Of a stretch of 64,000 bases of DNA, positions 11,653 through 27,565 are shown in pieces. Below the pieces are notes generated by a model. The model worked only from the letters and a program-made list of their open reading frames with translations, searched no databases and was not told the origin of the DNA. The DNA is from Eledone cirrhosa (lineage: Eukaryota). Each line of letters opens with the position of its first letter. Within the stretch, counting starts at the first letter, position 1. Where the stretch lies: the NCBI GenBank assembly GCA_964016885.1, contig OZ024758.1:22506001-22570000 (forward strand), written 5' to 3'. The position numbers and the translations under genes were made by a program.

Positions 11653-13558
11653 CTGTCAATAGGAAAAAGATGATGGATATTAGAGTGTAGGATGTTATTA
11701 AATTGATCTTCCTCCCGTGGGAGAGGAAGAAATGGGGGGAGAGACTAAGAGTTAGAGATACAGAATCAAAGAGAATCAAAGAGAATCAAAGAGATAAGAG
11801 ATAGAATAAATGCATGTATCCCGATTAATATTGAGTTTGGAAGAATATTACAGTCATTGTAATACAGTCATAGGGCGGTGGATTGGCAGTATCGGTAGAG
11901 GGTCGGACGCCATGCTTTCCAGCGTGTTACGTCCCTTTACGAACTGAGTTCAAATCCCGCCGAGGTTGACTTTGCCTTTCATCCTTACGGGGTCGATAAA
12001 ATAAAGTACCAGTAATGCACTGGGTATTTGCTGGCCTTGTGCCAAAAGTAGAAACAATTATTGTAATATTCTAATTATTGTAATATTTCTAATTGAAGCA
12101 CAAAGCCAGCAATTTTTTGGGGTGGGTGGGCGGGTGGGGGGAGGGGAAAGTCGATTAAATCGACCCCAGTGCATTACTGGTGCTTTATTTCATCAACCTC
12201 GTAAGGATGAAAGGCAAAGTTAAGCTCGGTGAGACCTTGAACTCAGAACGTAAAGGGCCATAACTCTATGTATCTGATTCTCAAGGCCGGTACTTTTTTT
12301 TTTGTTAGGGAGGGGGGGAAAGTCGATTAAATCGACCCCAGTGCATGACTGGTACTTTATTTTATCGACCCCGTAAGAATGAAAGGCAAAGCTAACCTCG
12401 GGAGGATTTGAACTCAGAACGTAAAGAGCCGTAACTCTATGTTGCAAAGCATGGTGTCCGATGCTCTACCAATTCTGCCAATCCATATTACAATAGTAAT
12501 GAAGGAATAAAGCAATGATGGTGTTCTCTCACTTCATATGACTTAGGTAAAAATAATTGTTTCTACTTTTGGCACAAGGCCAGCAATTACCCCAGTACAT
12601 TACTGGTACTTTATTTTATCGACCCCGTAAGGATGAAAGGCAAAGTTAACCTTGGCGGGATTTGAACTCAGACCATAAAGGGACGTAACCCTATGCTGCA
12701 AAGTATGGAGTCCGACCCTCTACCGATACTGCCAATCCACCGTTTAGGTAAAAATAATGGTTTCTGATTTCGGCACAAGGCCAGCAATTTAATTTGCGTG
12801 TGTTGGATGGGGAAGGGGGGGGGGTCGGCTCTACGCACGACGATGCTTTGGGATCGCTGGCTTAGCTTAGGATGACCCCCCCCCGGCCTTGTTGAGTAAG
12901 AGTAAGAAGACGTGTGTGTGGGGGGTGGGGGGGGGGGGGGTGCGGTGGGGGGTATGTATGTGAGAGGGGGGGGAGGTAAAGTCGATTAAAACCTGGCATT
13001 TTTTTTTAAACGATGAGATACTTAATTTAATGTATATTTCTTTAAATGCAGTAGTAATAATTGTTTCTACTTTAGGCACAAGGCCAGCAATTACTCAGTA
13101 CATTACTGGTACTTTATTTTATCGACCCCGTAAGGATGAAAGGCAAAGTTAACCTCGGCGGGATTTGAACTCAGTAGTAATAATAATAATAATAATAGTA
13201 ATGATAATAATAATTGTTTCTACTTTAGGCACAAGGCCAGCAATTACCCAGTACATTACTGGTACTTTATTTTATCGACTCCGTAAGGATGAAAGGCAAA
13301 GTTAACCTCGGCGGGATTTGAACTCAGTAGTAATAATAATAATAATAATAGTAATAATAATGCTTTCTTTATTAACCACAAGGGTTTACATAAAGTAGAC
13401 ATTAAGGATAATAACAATAATAATAACAAAAATAATAATGATGATGATGATGATGATAAGAACAATGATAACAAAAATGAAAAGGAAATGCCTAGAAATA
13501 GCCGCAAAGATCTTAGTATGAATTCACGGGGTCCCAAAGACTACTTGTAAGTCATTTA

Positions 13559-13737
13559 CCGTATTTCCCGGCACCGAAGATGCTTCGTCTTCAAGGACGA
13601 ACCCTAATTTTTTTGACAACCAAAAATTTGAAAAAAAAAAAAAAAAAAGGAAACAACCTTTGGCCTCCAGGACGCATGGTAGATTTTTGAGACTTATTTT
13701 AGGAAAAAAGTAGCGTCTTCTACGCCGGGAAACACGG
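13559..13737. mobile_element. MITE with CCGTATTTCCCGGC termini (Tc1/mariner-pogo-like)
   Basis: ta-ccgtatttcccggc ... gccgggaaacacgg-tta. Confidence 0.55.
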
Positions 13738-13865
13738 TTATTACCATTTCTTTCTACGCATGTTATTCTGAGAAGAATATGGATATTACAAGATATGGGT
13801 ATTACAAGATTTCTTTTATATGAATTGAAATCTTGTGATAATGCAAAGAAGATAATCATATTCAC

Positions 13866-13953
13866 CATTTCTGAATTAGGACTGCAAAGACCAGCTTTCT
13901 CTTCCCATGTTCCATGATAATCATATGTCATTAAATTTATGAAGTGTAAATAT
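13866..13953 (-). CDS. GH18 chitinase exon (YLHFINLMTYDYHGTWEEKAGLCSPNSEM)
   Basis: NLMTYDYHG.W motif; tag/gtgaa sites; 88 nt. Confidence 0.92.
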
Positions 13954-15676
13954 CTATAAAGAAAAAAAAAGTATGTTAAATGATTGTTTCTACTTTTGGC
14001 ACAAGGCCAGCAATTACCCCAGTACATTACTGGTACTTTATTTTATCGACCCCCGTAAGAATGAAAGGCAAAGTTAACCTCGGCGGGATTTGAACTCAGA
14101 CTATAAAGGGCCGTAACTCTTTGCTGCAAAGCATGGCGTTCAACCCTCTACCGATACTGCCAATCCACCACCCTAAAAAGTGTGTTAAATGATATAATCT
14201 AGATATAAACAACAACAACAATACCATTTCAGATAAGGGCCGTGAATTGGCAGAATCGGTAGAGCGTCGGACAGCTTGCTTCGTGGCATAGAGTTACGGC
14301 TTTTTAAATTCTGAGTTCAAATCCCGCCGAGGTTAGCTTTGCCTTTCATCCTTACGGGGTCGATAAAATAAAGTACCAGTCACGCACTGGGGTCAATTTA
14401 ATCAACTTTCCCCTCCCCCCTAGTATTGTATTTAAAACAGTATTGTATATAAATATAAAAATAGTACACCACTCTGACTTAGGTGTAGAGTCTGTCACCC
14501 TCTTCCCTTCCCCCTGTTTTTCTTCCTTTGCCTAATAGTCCTTGCTCTTCCCTTCTTTTCCTCTCGTTTATGGCATTTATATTCCTTTCCAATGCTGCTT
14601 TCTTTTTCTATATGGTTGACTAATTTATAGTTATATCAACAATAAATTTATTCCTAGTATAATAATTGTTTCTACTTTTTTGGCACAAGGCCACCAATTA
14701 TCCCAGTGTATTACTGGTACTTTATTTCATCGACCCCGTAAGGATGAAAGACAAAGTTAACCTCGGCGGGATTTCAGAACGTAAAGGGACGTAACTCTGT
14801 GATGCAAAGCACGGCGTCCGATCCTCTACCGATACTGCCAATCCACCACCTTAGTATAATAATTGTTTCTTTTTTGGCGCAAGGCCAGCAATTACTCAAG
14901 CGCATTACTGGTACTTTATTTCATCGACCCCATAAGAATGAAAGGCAAAGTTAACCTCGACGGGATTTGAACTCAGAACGTAAAGTGATGCAACTCTATG
15001 CTGCAAAGCATGGCGTCCGATTCTCTACCGATACTGCCAATCCACGGCCTTAGTATGATAATTGAAATTCATTTTGTCCACTTTATAATCCAAATATAAA
15101 CAGCAACATCAACAACAATAATATTTCAGGTTTTCAAATGGTATGGAGAGAATTGGTTCTTTGATTTATTTTTAAGACATCAAATTAGTTTTAGAAACGA
15201 AAGCACCAATATTATCGTGTATGTTATATAAAATATCCATGTCCTGCACGGCTTAGATCACAACTCTGCTCGATCAGGGCCAACCTGAGACTAGAAACAG
15301 CAACTCACAACAACGGATTAAGGGTCTCAGTTTCACCTTCGTTGTATCAGCGAACATTCCACAAACGTGCCATAAATGACTTAGAGAAAATCAGCGATTA
15401 GAAAAAAACAAACAAACCCAAAATGATTAAAAATGTAAAGTTAATATGGTTCCATCATGATGAAGCATTAAAAATAACACATTAAAACAAACACACGCTT
15501 TCGCATTTTTAGCGATTATTCAGCAGATATGCCCGGAATGATTTTGATAAAATCAATTATTAATATGGTATATAGATGTTAACTTATATGTCTATCTACA
15601 TGTAAACCTCCCCCCACAAACCAAACAACTTTCAAAATGTACGAAACAATTTATACTTTCAAAAGAAATTACTCAC

Positions 15677-15780
15677 TGCGCAAGAACTGGAATATTATAA
15701 TATTGTAGTGATTTTTGTGTGTTTGCTGAAAGAGCTGCAGTTAACAACAAACCTTCTCTATCATATGCTGGTCGCATTGT
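15677..15780 (-). CDS. GH18 chitinase exon (TMRPAYDREGLLLTAALSANTQKSLQYYNIPVLA)
   Basis: LLLTAA motif; cag/gtgag sites; 104 nt, phase compatible with both neighbours. Confidence 0.92.
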
Positions 15781-16584
15781 CTGTAAAGACAGTTAAGAAG
15801 AAAAAAATCATTAATTTATGTTTTGTTTTCTATTATAACATTATTTTTCTTCCTAAACATAGCCATTAATGGGATTTAGATAAATAAATAAATAGATTAT
15901 CTATTTATCTGATTTTCAAAGATATTGCGTTACAGATATATATTTTACAAAAATATGTTATTGATAGAAAATGGTAGATAATTTAATAGTTATAACGCGT
16001 TAGTATCAAGTCTATATGTTTATACGGTTAAGTATTAAAACTTAAACCAAGCTATCGTCTGCCAACTTAGAAAAATTAATAAAGAAAAGATCAAATACAA
16101 AGCAAAATGAAAAACAATTTTCTGAAGGGGAAACCTTAAAATATCTTTTGTAAATATAAATTCAAACGAAAGACACAGAACTTCAGGGTCTTCTGTCGTT
16201 GAGATCGTCTGTTATACTGATTTGATTATATTTTGACACCTCATCATTTTGTTATATTATTTACTAATATTTCTATAAACCACATTTAACTGTAATAATG
16301 TAGTGGTGTATGTCATTGATTGAGACAGAAATAAGGCAGAGAAACTTAAAATCAGCGATGTATTTGTTTATTTGTATGAAATCTTGTATTGAAACAGATA
16401 TTGTTATATTTCGGGAGGGTCATGTTGTTTTAATATTGCCAAAAAATAGTAAAACACACTCCCTGTTTGGTTTTCGCTTCAGTTTCGGTATATATTTTTC
16501 ATATTTCCATTAATAATTTAGCTGGTAATCAATGTTTATCATTGATTGACCAACAATTAAAAATATAAATATAAATATATTTTC

Positions 16585-16625
16585 TCAAAGTTTTTCATCA
16601 CACATTTCTGTGGCATCTTCAGTGA
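16585..16625 (-). ncRNA. degenerate hammerhead motif
   Basis: tca-CTGAAGA-tgccacagaaatgtgtgat-GAAA-aac-TT-tga; imperfect stem II. Confidence 0.45.
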
Positions 16626-16810
16626 TTATCCTGAAAGTGTCACAGAAATCTAAGCCAGCAATAGTCTACTTTCAAATGAATTTGATTGTAAATAAAAGAG
16701 GTATGAAGCATAGTGGATATAAATTGTATCCCAGCTCACACCACCGTACGCCATTTCATTTATATTTCCCTCTTACTTGTTTTTAATTGTGGGAAAGGTG
16801 ACGTACTTAC

Positions 16811-17063
16811 CTGTACTAACCGGGAAAATCCATCTCTGTCGGTTGGTCTTCCTCCACGTTTGGTTGGATATTCCCAATCAATATCAAGACCATCAAAGCC
16901 ATAGTCTCGGAGAAACTTTATAGAGTTCGCTAAAAAGGCGTTGATATTTTGCTGAGAAGATACCACGCTAGAAAAAGCTGGAGATTTAGCGTTCCAGCCT
17001 CCAATTGCCAACGAAATCTTTAGGCTGGGATTTCGTTTTTTGAGAGCAACAACACGGGCGATG
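16811..17063 (-). CDS. GH18 chitinase catalytic exon (...AIGGWN...FDGLDIDWEYP...)
   Basis: Intact DxxDxDxE catalytic motif FDGLDIDWEYP and IGGWN; cag/gtaag sites; 253 nt, phase 2 to phase 0. Confidence 0.97.
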
Positions 17064-17393
17064 CTGAAAAAAATATATTGATATAAACAATAGATCAAAC
17101 CAGGTCAATGATTCCATTAAAACTTAGACAAAGAAGTTGAATTTCGTAATGCCATTAACCTCATAGAGGTAATTGTTTTTTAGAATAGAATATAAATATA
17201 TATATATATGACAAAGAAAGTGTGGTAAGAAACCAGGTGGACCATAACGCACCAGAGTACTCAATAGTTAGAGTAGTAGAGTGGGTAATAGGAAAAAGGC
17301 TAGGACCCCCGACAGCTGAGCTCCAGCCGTTTCGACAGCAAGATAAGTTCGAATCTAGCTGTATAAACAGCCGGGGGGTCCTGACATCTTCGC

Positions 17394-17481
<88 letters not shown>

Positions 17482-17955
17482 TACTGTGGCAGTAGCCATA
17501 ACAAACCCTCAAAGAAATACAGAAAGAAAGACAAGTATAGTAGAGGCTGTTAGCAATACGTTACAGTATTACAATGTGCTTTATTTGCTGTGAAGATAAC
17601 GTATCTTATTTTCAAGTGTTAACAAAATAATAGCGCTAATATGAAGAATGTCTCCACCCAACACTTCAACGAAAATACGCCATTTTGTATATTTAATCTG
17701 CCAAGGGAGGTAATCTTTAACGTTATGTATATAGTTTTAGTCACTCACTCGCCCTAACCTTCTGACATCTTGCACACTACATGTATATATTTGCATGTAC
17801 TGGAACATGTAAGTATATATGAGTGTACGGGTGTTACCGTGTGTATATAAATATTTATACATGGCAATGATACTGATATCCATATTTATAAAGTTGTGTC
17901 AACCTCCAAATATCTTTATATCTGTCAAAATATTTATCTTTTAAGACATCTTATT

Positions 17956-19452
17956 TGTTGTTGGTGGTGGTGGTGGTGGTGGTGATGGTTGTGGTGGTGG
18001 TGGTTGTGGTGGTGAAGGTGGTGGTTGTGGTGGTGATGATGGGGTGTGGTGTTGGTGGTGGTGGTGGTGGTGGTGGTGGTGATGGTTGTGGTGGTGGTGG
18101 TTGTGGTGGTGAAGGTGGTGGTTGTGGTGGTGGTGATGGGGTGTGGTGTTGGTGGTGGTGGTGGTGGTGGTGGTGATGGTTGTGGTGGTGATGGGTTTGG
18201 CGGTGATGGTGAAGGTGTTGGTGGTGATGATGGGGTGTGGTGGTGTTGGTGGTGGTGGTGGTGGTGGTGATGGTGGTTATGGTGGTGGTGGTGGTGGTGC
18301 TGATGGTGATGGGTTTGGCGGTGATGGTGAAGGTGTTGGTGGTGATGATGGGGTGTGGTGGTGTTGGTGGTGATGGGGTGTGGTGTTGGTGGTGATGGGG
18401 TGTGGTGTTGGTGGTGGTGGGGTGTGGTGTTGGTGAAGGTGGCGGTGGTGTTGGTGGCGGTTGTGGTGGTGATGGGTGTGGTGCTGGTGGTGATGGGGTG
18501 TGGTGTTGGTGGTGATGGGTGTGGTGCTGATGGTGAAGGTGTTGGTGGTGATGGTGTTGGTGGTGGTGGTGGTGGTGATGGGGTGTGGTGTTGGTGGTGA
18601 TGGGGTGTTGGTGGTGATGGGGTGTGGTGCTGGTGGTGATGGTGACGGTGTTGGTGGTGATGGGGTGTGGTGTTGGTGGGGTGTGGTGTTTGTGGGTGTG
18701 GTGCTGGTGGTGATGGTGACGGTGTTGGTGGTGATGGGGTGTGGTGTTGGGGGCGATGGTGAAGGTGGTGGTGATGGTTGTGGTGGTGAAGGTGTTGGTG
18801 GTGATGGGGTGTGGTGTTGGTGATGGTGAAGGTGTTGGTGGTGATGGGGTGTGGTGTTGGTGGTGATGGGGTGTGGTGTTGGTGTTGATGGGGTGTGGTG
18901 TTGGTGGTGATGGGGTGTGGTGTTTGTGGGTGTGGTGCTGGTGGTGGTGGTGATGGTGAAGGTGGTGGTGGTGGTGCTGATGGTGGCTATGGTGGTGATG
19001 GGTGTGGTGCTGGTGGTGATGGTGAAGGTGTTGGTGGTGATGGGGTGTGGTGTTGGTGGTGATGGGGTGTGGTGTTGGTGTTGATGGGGTGTGGTGTTGG
19101 TGGTGATGGGGTGTGGTGTTTGTGGGTGTGGTGCTGGTGGTGGTGGTGATGGTGAAGGTGGTGGTGGTGGTGCTGATGGTGGTTATGGTGGTGATGGGTG
19201 TGGTGCTGGTGGTGATGGTGAAGGTGTTGGTGGTGATGGGGTGTGGTGTTGGGGGCGATGGTGAAGGTGGTGGTGATGGTGAAGGTGTTGCTGGTGATGG
19301 GGTGTGGTGTTGGTGATGGTGAAGGTGGTGGTGGTGGTGATGGTTGTGGTGGTGATGGGTGTGGTGCTGATGGTGAAGGTGTTGGTGATGGTGAAGGTGG
19401 CGGCGGTGGTGGTGGTGGTGGTGGTGTTGGTGGCGGTGGTAGTGATGGTGAT
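17956..19452. repeat. 1.5-kb degenerate (GGT)n-rich repeat in chitinase intron
   Basis: Higher-order motifs such as ggtggtgatggggtgtggtgtt. Confidence 0.97.
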
Positions 19453-19516
19453 AACGTATACATAATTACTCACGCACGGACATATCCATACATGTAATGA
19501 ATATTGTACATATATA

Positions 19517-19596
19517 CAGAGTGTCCCCCCAAAAATGTATACACATATGTATTAGAATGCTGCTGAAGTGTGTATACATCTTTTGGGGACCCCCTG
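19517..19596. mobile_element. 80-bp Tc1/mariner-type MITE
   Basis: TA-cagagtgtccccccaaaaatgtatacac ... gtgtatacatcttttggggaccccctg-TA; related copy at 21045-21144. Confidence 0.7.
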
Positions 19597-19670
19597 TACA
19601 TATATTCTTATGTACACCAGAATGTATATTTGTTTGTTTTTCTGTTACTGCTAGCACCCCCCCTCTCTCT

Positions 19671-19758
<88 letters not shown>

Positions 19759-20200
19759 TATATATTCATACACATATATATATACATAGAAACACACATA
19801 CTTATATATACATACATATACACACATATATATATACATAGAAACACACACATACTTATATATACATATGTATACACACATATATATATACATACACACA
19901 CATATACATACATACACACATACATATATATACATACACACACACACATATATATATATACATACACACACATATATACACATACACATATATATATATA
20001 TATATACACAGATACACATATATATATATATACACACACACACATATATATATATATATACACACACACACATATATATATATACACACATATATATATA
20101 TACACACATATATATATATACACACATATATACATACACACACATACACATATATATATATATACACACATATATATATACACACATATATACATACACA

Positions 20201-20281
<81 letters not shown>

Positions 20282-20537
20282 ATTAATAAATGGAAACTAT
20301 ATTTATAAAACCATATTTATTCTATTATATATATTTCAGGGGTACCAAAACTTTGGTTCGCACTCATCAGATAAAATACAAAGTTTGTTTTATAAATAGT
20401 GACATATCCAGGAATGAGACCTTAACGGTTCAATTTCAGTCTATAGTTTCCATTTATTAATATCATTGATATTATACTCCAGAAAACTTGTCGAGTGCTT
20501 CGAATCTGTTATAAATATATTTGTTCAATTACCTTTG

Positions 20538-20617
<80 letters not shown>

Positions 20618-20739
20618 ATTTTTAATGCGATGAAATACCCATGATCGTTTGGTAAATCACTGATGAGGGACTCATTTTATAACATGTTATCCATGTGCAA
20701 CCAGCAGTATTCTTCTCACCCATATTTTCATATATATAC

Positions 20740-20800
<61 letters not shown>

Positions 20801-21339
20801 GTATTAATTCTTGTATTACTTTCAAGAATCTACAGAAAATATAGATTTAAATTAGGATAACGTAATATATATGTCCCAGAGGTTTTTATGATGTACAAGA
20901 TAATGGCGACTATAATACCGTTAAAGGGCGTGTTCTAACTGTTTCCAGAGTTTAAACTCCAGCATTGGTATGTCATCTCTTTTCATCTGAGTAATTTTAA
21001 TACTAGTAATATTTCCAAAACTTTGTTTTTTGACGAAATATATACAGGATGTCAAAAAAAAAAAAAAAAATAATAATTATATATGCATACATACTTTGAT
21101 TAGAAAGCTGTTGAAGTATGTATACATTTTTTTTAGACACCCTGTATATACACCAGGTGGACCATAACGCACCAGAGTACTCGATACTTAGGATAGTAGA
21201 GTAGAGTGGGTAATAGGAAAAGAGTCAGGACCCCTATATATATATATATATATACATACACACATACACACCTGGTGTATATACAGGGTGTCTAAAAAAA
21301 TGTATACATACTTCAACAGCATTCTAATCAAAGTATGTA

Positions 21340-21380
<41 letters not shown>

Positions 21381-21431
21381 TGACATCCTGTATATATTTC
21401 GTCAAAAAACAAATAGGAAAAGAGTCAGGAC

Positions 21432-21477
<46 letters not shown>

Positions 21478-22055
21478 GTCCTGACTCTTTTCCTATTACC
21501 CACTCTACTATCCTAAGTATTGAGTACTCTGGTGCGTTATGGTCCACCTGGTTTCTTACCACGTTTTCCTACCACGCTTTCTATGTATTGTGTTCTTGAG
21601 CAAAACACTTCATTTCACGTTGCTCCAGTGTACTCAGTTGAAAATGAGTACCAGCAATAGCTGGGGAGTTAACCCTGTGTCAAAATAGTTTTTGTTTTAT
21701 TTGATGTCTTATCAAAATTAAAGTGTTGCGGGTTGTTCGTAAAATATAATCATGGGCTCCAAGAGCTTTAGAAAATATTTTAGGGGTTATGCGACAAAAT
21801 AAGTGTAGGGACTACTATTTCATTTACGGTTGTTGTACTCGGTTGTTCTCACTTAAAAAATATATTGAAGTGGCTTTTCTTTAGACGGAGATAAATATCT
21901 CTTGAAAATAAAAACATTTTTTAGTTTCTGTGAATTTTCCAGAAGAGTTTTTATACTTAAAGAAAGAAAAAATATATGTATATATAAATGGTAAAAAAAA
22001 GAAAAAATAGCCAGAAAAAAATAACCAGAAAAAAAAAAAATGCCTCAGAACTTAC

Positions 22056-22227
22056 TTGGCGTCGTCGTTCCATTCGACTTTATGGATTTCGTTTCCAACA
22101 ACTTTACCAAATGCATAGTTGATATGTGTACATAAAGTGGGATCTATGTCACGTGGGAAGAACTTTCCCCCCGGGGCGCGATATTGCGACCAGTTGGTGA
22201 AATAACATACCACGTAGTAACTCCACA
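22056..22227 (-). CDS. GH18 chitinase exon ([57 protein letters not shown])
   Basis: Typical animal chitinase N-terminal motifs [11 protein letters not shown] and [11 protein letters not shown]; tag/gtaag splice sites; 172 nt, phase 1 to phase 2. Confidence 0.95.
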
Positions 22228-22308
22228 CTAAAACAGATAGATTGTATAAAGATTAGATATATTATATTTTTGTGGTTTTCGCTCTAAAACAAACGTTTCT
22301 TTAGTGTC

Positions 22309-22421
<113 letters not shown>

Positions 22422-22502
22422 GGTAAACAGAAATAACAACACAATCGGTACAGTATATGGAAGGTATATATTAGGTTAACGCTTGATGTAGCAGGAAGAG
22501 GA

Positions 22503-22538
22503 TCTTAACGTTTCGGACGCTAGTACTTCATCAGAAGA
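22503..22538 (-). ncRNA. hammerhead motif
   Basis: tctt-CTGATGA-agtac(tagc)gtcc-GAAA-cg-TT-aaga. A truncated copy near 53361-53390 has the repaired stem ggac/gtcc. Confidence 0.6.
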
Positions 22539-23014
22539 AAGAATGAGAAAAAAGATAGATTGAGGGGACGGGCGGGTTGGAATTAGAAAAAATGTCTTTA
22601 GATAAAAATAACAGGTCCATTCAAGTTGACATCTCTTATATACATATATATTTAATGTGTAGGAAAAACAAACCCTAGGCATGAAGTATAGAAAAAAGTG
22701 ACGAATTTGATCAAAAGTTCATTTTTTAACATATGTTTCAATACATATTTTAGAGAGGAAAGTTCATATCTCTGGCCGTGTAAAATATGTATGTAAAAAC
22801 TAATAATTTTGTTTCCCCTTTTTAGTATTTGTATAAATATGCAACATAACTACATTATGCATATCCGCAGTTGAAAAAGTATATAATACTGAAACCGGTA
22901 CCATTATTAAATGCGGAAATATCCACTTTATAAATAGATAAATGTTTTGATATTATACTGAAAGAATCTCTTCAGCATTTTCTACTGAAAAATTTTTTTT
23001 CCTCTCTACTATTT

Positions 23015-24317
<1,303 letters not shown>

Positions 24318-25376
24318 TTGTCATACTTTGGGAGGGTGATGGTGTCAATAAAAAAATTTAAGATGTTCCAGGTAAAAAAATAAATCTCTGCTACTGGTAT
24401 GAACATTCACTTGTTTCAGAAAATAACTTTAAAAAAAATAAACCCCCCAAAATCTGTTTTTTTTTTTTTTGTGTTTTGTACTGCACTAAAATTTGGGTTT
24501 AGCTAGTTAAAAAAAATATACTATTACGTACTTTCTGTTAGCGAGTAGATTGTTAGCGAGTAGATTGTTAGCAGCTGTTAGCTTATCCTCTATGTAGGAT
24601 TGGCAAAATGATAGTTTCTGATTTAGGCACAAGGCCAACAAAGTTGATCCAGTACATTACTGGTACTTTATTTTATCGACCCCGTAAGGATGAAAGGCAA
24701 AGCTAACCTCGGCGGGATTTGAACTCAAAACGTAAAGGGCCGTAACTCTATGCCACAGAACATGTTGTTCGACGCTCTACCGACACTGCCAACCACCTCA
24801 CTTGGATTGGCGAAATAATAATACGAAAACAAACAATTTCTAGTTTGTTCCTTCTCAACTGCAATACTGCACCTAAGACTGAATTGAGCCGTCATCCTGA
24901 ATAATTGTTTCTACTTTTAGCACAAGGCCAGCAATTACCTCAGTGTATTACGGGTACTTTATTTTATCGACCCTGTAAGGGTGAAAGGCAAAATTAACCA
25001 CGGCGGGATTTGAACTCAGAACGTAAAGGGCCGTAATTCTACGCTGCAAAGCATGGTGTCTGACGCTCTACCGATACTACCAATCCAACGCCTTTAAGAG
25101 AAGAAAAATAATACCATACTGCCGCCATGTTTTTTTCAATGGTATTAGTAATGTAGATAGAGAAAGTGAACATAAAGGGCCATAACTCTATGCTGCAAGG
25201 AATGGTGTCTGACGCTCTACCGATACTGCCAATCCAACGCCTTTAAGAGAAGATACCATACGACCACCATGTTTTTTTCAATGGTATTAGTAATGTAGAT
25301 AGAGAAAGTGAACGTAAAGGGCCATAACTCTATGCTGCAAAGCATGGTGTCTGATGCTCTACTGATACTGTCACTC

Positions 25377-25817
25377 TGAATAATGAGCTGTACTGTAAAT
25401 AGATCAACTTAGTTGAACCTTAAACATTCATTCAATCATTCTTCTGTTGTTTGATCCGTTCTTTTGTGTCTGCAAAACCTAACTAAGACTGAATTGAGCC
25501 GTCATCCCGAATAATGAGCTGTAACCAAATCAACTGAGTTGAACCTTAAACATTCATTCAAGCATTCTTCTGTTGTTTGATCCGTTCTTTTGTGTCTGAA
25601 AAACCTAACTAAGACTGAATTGAGCCGTCATCCCGAATAATGAGATGTAAACAAATCAACTGAGTTGAACCTTAAACATTCATTCAAGCATTCTTCTGTT
25701 GTTTGATCCGTTCTTTTGTGTCTGTAAAACCTAACTAAGACTGAATTGAGCCGTCATCCCGAATAATGAGCTGTAAACAAATCAACTGAGTTGTACCTTA
25801 AACATTCATTCAAGCAT
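25377..25817. repeat. 126-bp tandem repeat, about 3.5 copies
   Basis: aactaagactgaattgagcc at 25481, 25607 and 25733. Confidence 0.92.
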
Positions 25818-25971
25818 TTGTATGTTTGTTATTTGATTCGTGTGTTTCTGACTGTAAAGTGATACTGTTTATATTTCATTCAGTTTTACTTGTTTTAATT
25901 AAATTTGATGCATCTGGAAACGTGATAAGGGAATAGAGTAATTTGTGTAGGGTGTATGCGTGTGTATATAC

Positions 25972-26047
<76 letters not shown>

Positions 26048-26193
26048 TTAGTTTCTGAATTTGTTGGCAACATGACCGTCCCCAAAATATAACAATATAT
26101 ATATATACATATACTTCCTCCAAGAGTGAACGTAATATAACTGTAGTTTTGCTTCCTGTGTTTTGTTTCATTTATTAACTAATATATATACAC

Positions 26194-26277
<84 letters not shown>

Positions 26278-26406
26278 ATATATATATATATAACAAAACA
26301 AACACATTCAAAAATACAAAGTCGTATTAGGTTCACGCTTAGAGGAAGTGTAATGTATGCTTACTTCATAATTGTTTTATTTTTATACCTGTTAGTTGTT
26401 TTATAA

Positions 26407-26473
<67 letters not shown>

Positions 26474-26479
26474 TGTATA

Positions 26480-26523
<44 letters not shown>

Positions 26524-27198
26524 TGTATATAATTATATATATATTTATATATATATAATTATGTATATAATTATATATATATATATATATATATATAATT
26601 ATGTATATTATATATATATTTATATATATATATATAATTATGTATATTATATATATATTTATATATATATATATATAATTATGTATATAATTATATATAT
26701 ATTTATATATATATATAATTATGTATATAATTATATATATATTTATATATATATATAATTATGTATATAATTATATATATATTTATATATATATATAATT
26801 ATGTATATAATTATATATATATTTATATATATAATTATGTATATAATTATATATATATTTATATATATAATTATGTATATATTTATATATATATTTATAT
26901 ATATAATTATGTATATATTTATATAATTATGAATACAATTATATATATATTTATATATATATATATATATATAATTATATATATATATATATAATTATAA
27001 TTATATATATATATATAATTATATATATATAATTATATATATATATGTATATCATTATATATATATATGTATATAATTATATATATATTTATATATATAT
27101 ATATATCATTACGGGGTCGATAAAATAAAGTACCAGTAATGCACTGGGTAATTTGCTGGTCTTGTGCCTAAAGTAGAAACAATTATATATATGTATAC

Positions 27199-27264
<66 letters not shown>

Positions 27265-27360
27265 TATATCATTATATATATAATTATAATTATATATATA
27301 TGTAATTATATATATATATATAATTATATATATAATTATATATAATTATATATATATATA

Positions 27361-27408
<48 letters not shown>

Positions 27409-27497
27409 TTATATATATAATTATAATTATATATATATGTAATTATATATATATATATAATTATATATATAATTATATATAATTATATATATATATA

Positions 27498-27561
<64 letters not shown>

Positions 27562-27565
<4 letters not shown>

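Noticed and set aside
17955-19497. Gly/Val-rich or His/Pro-rich protein
   Set aside because: Lies within a chitinase intron whose flanking exons join in phase; explained by the (GGT)n repeat.
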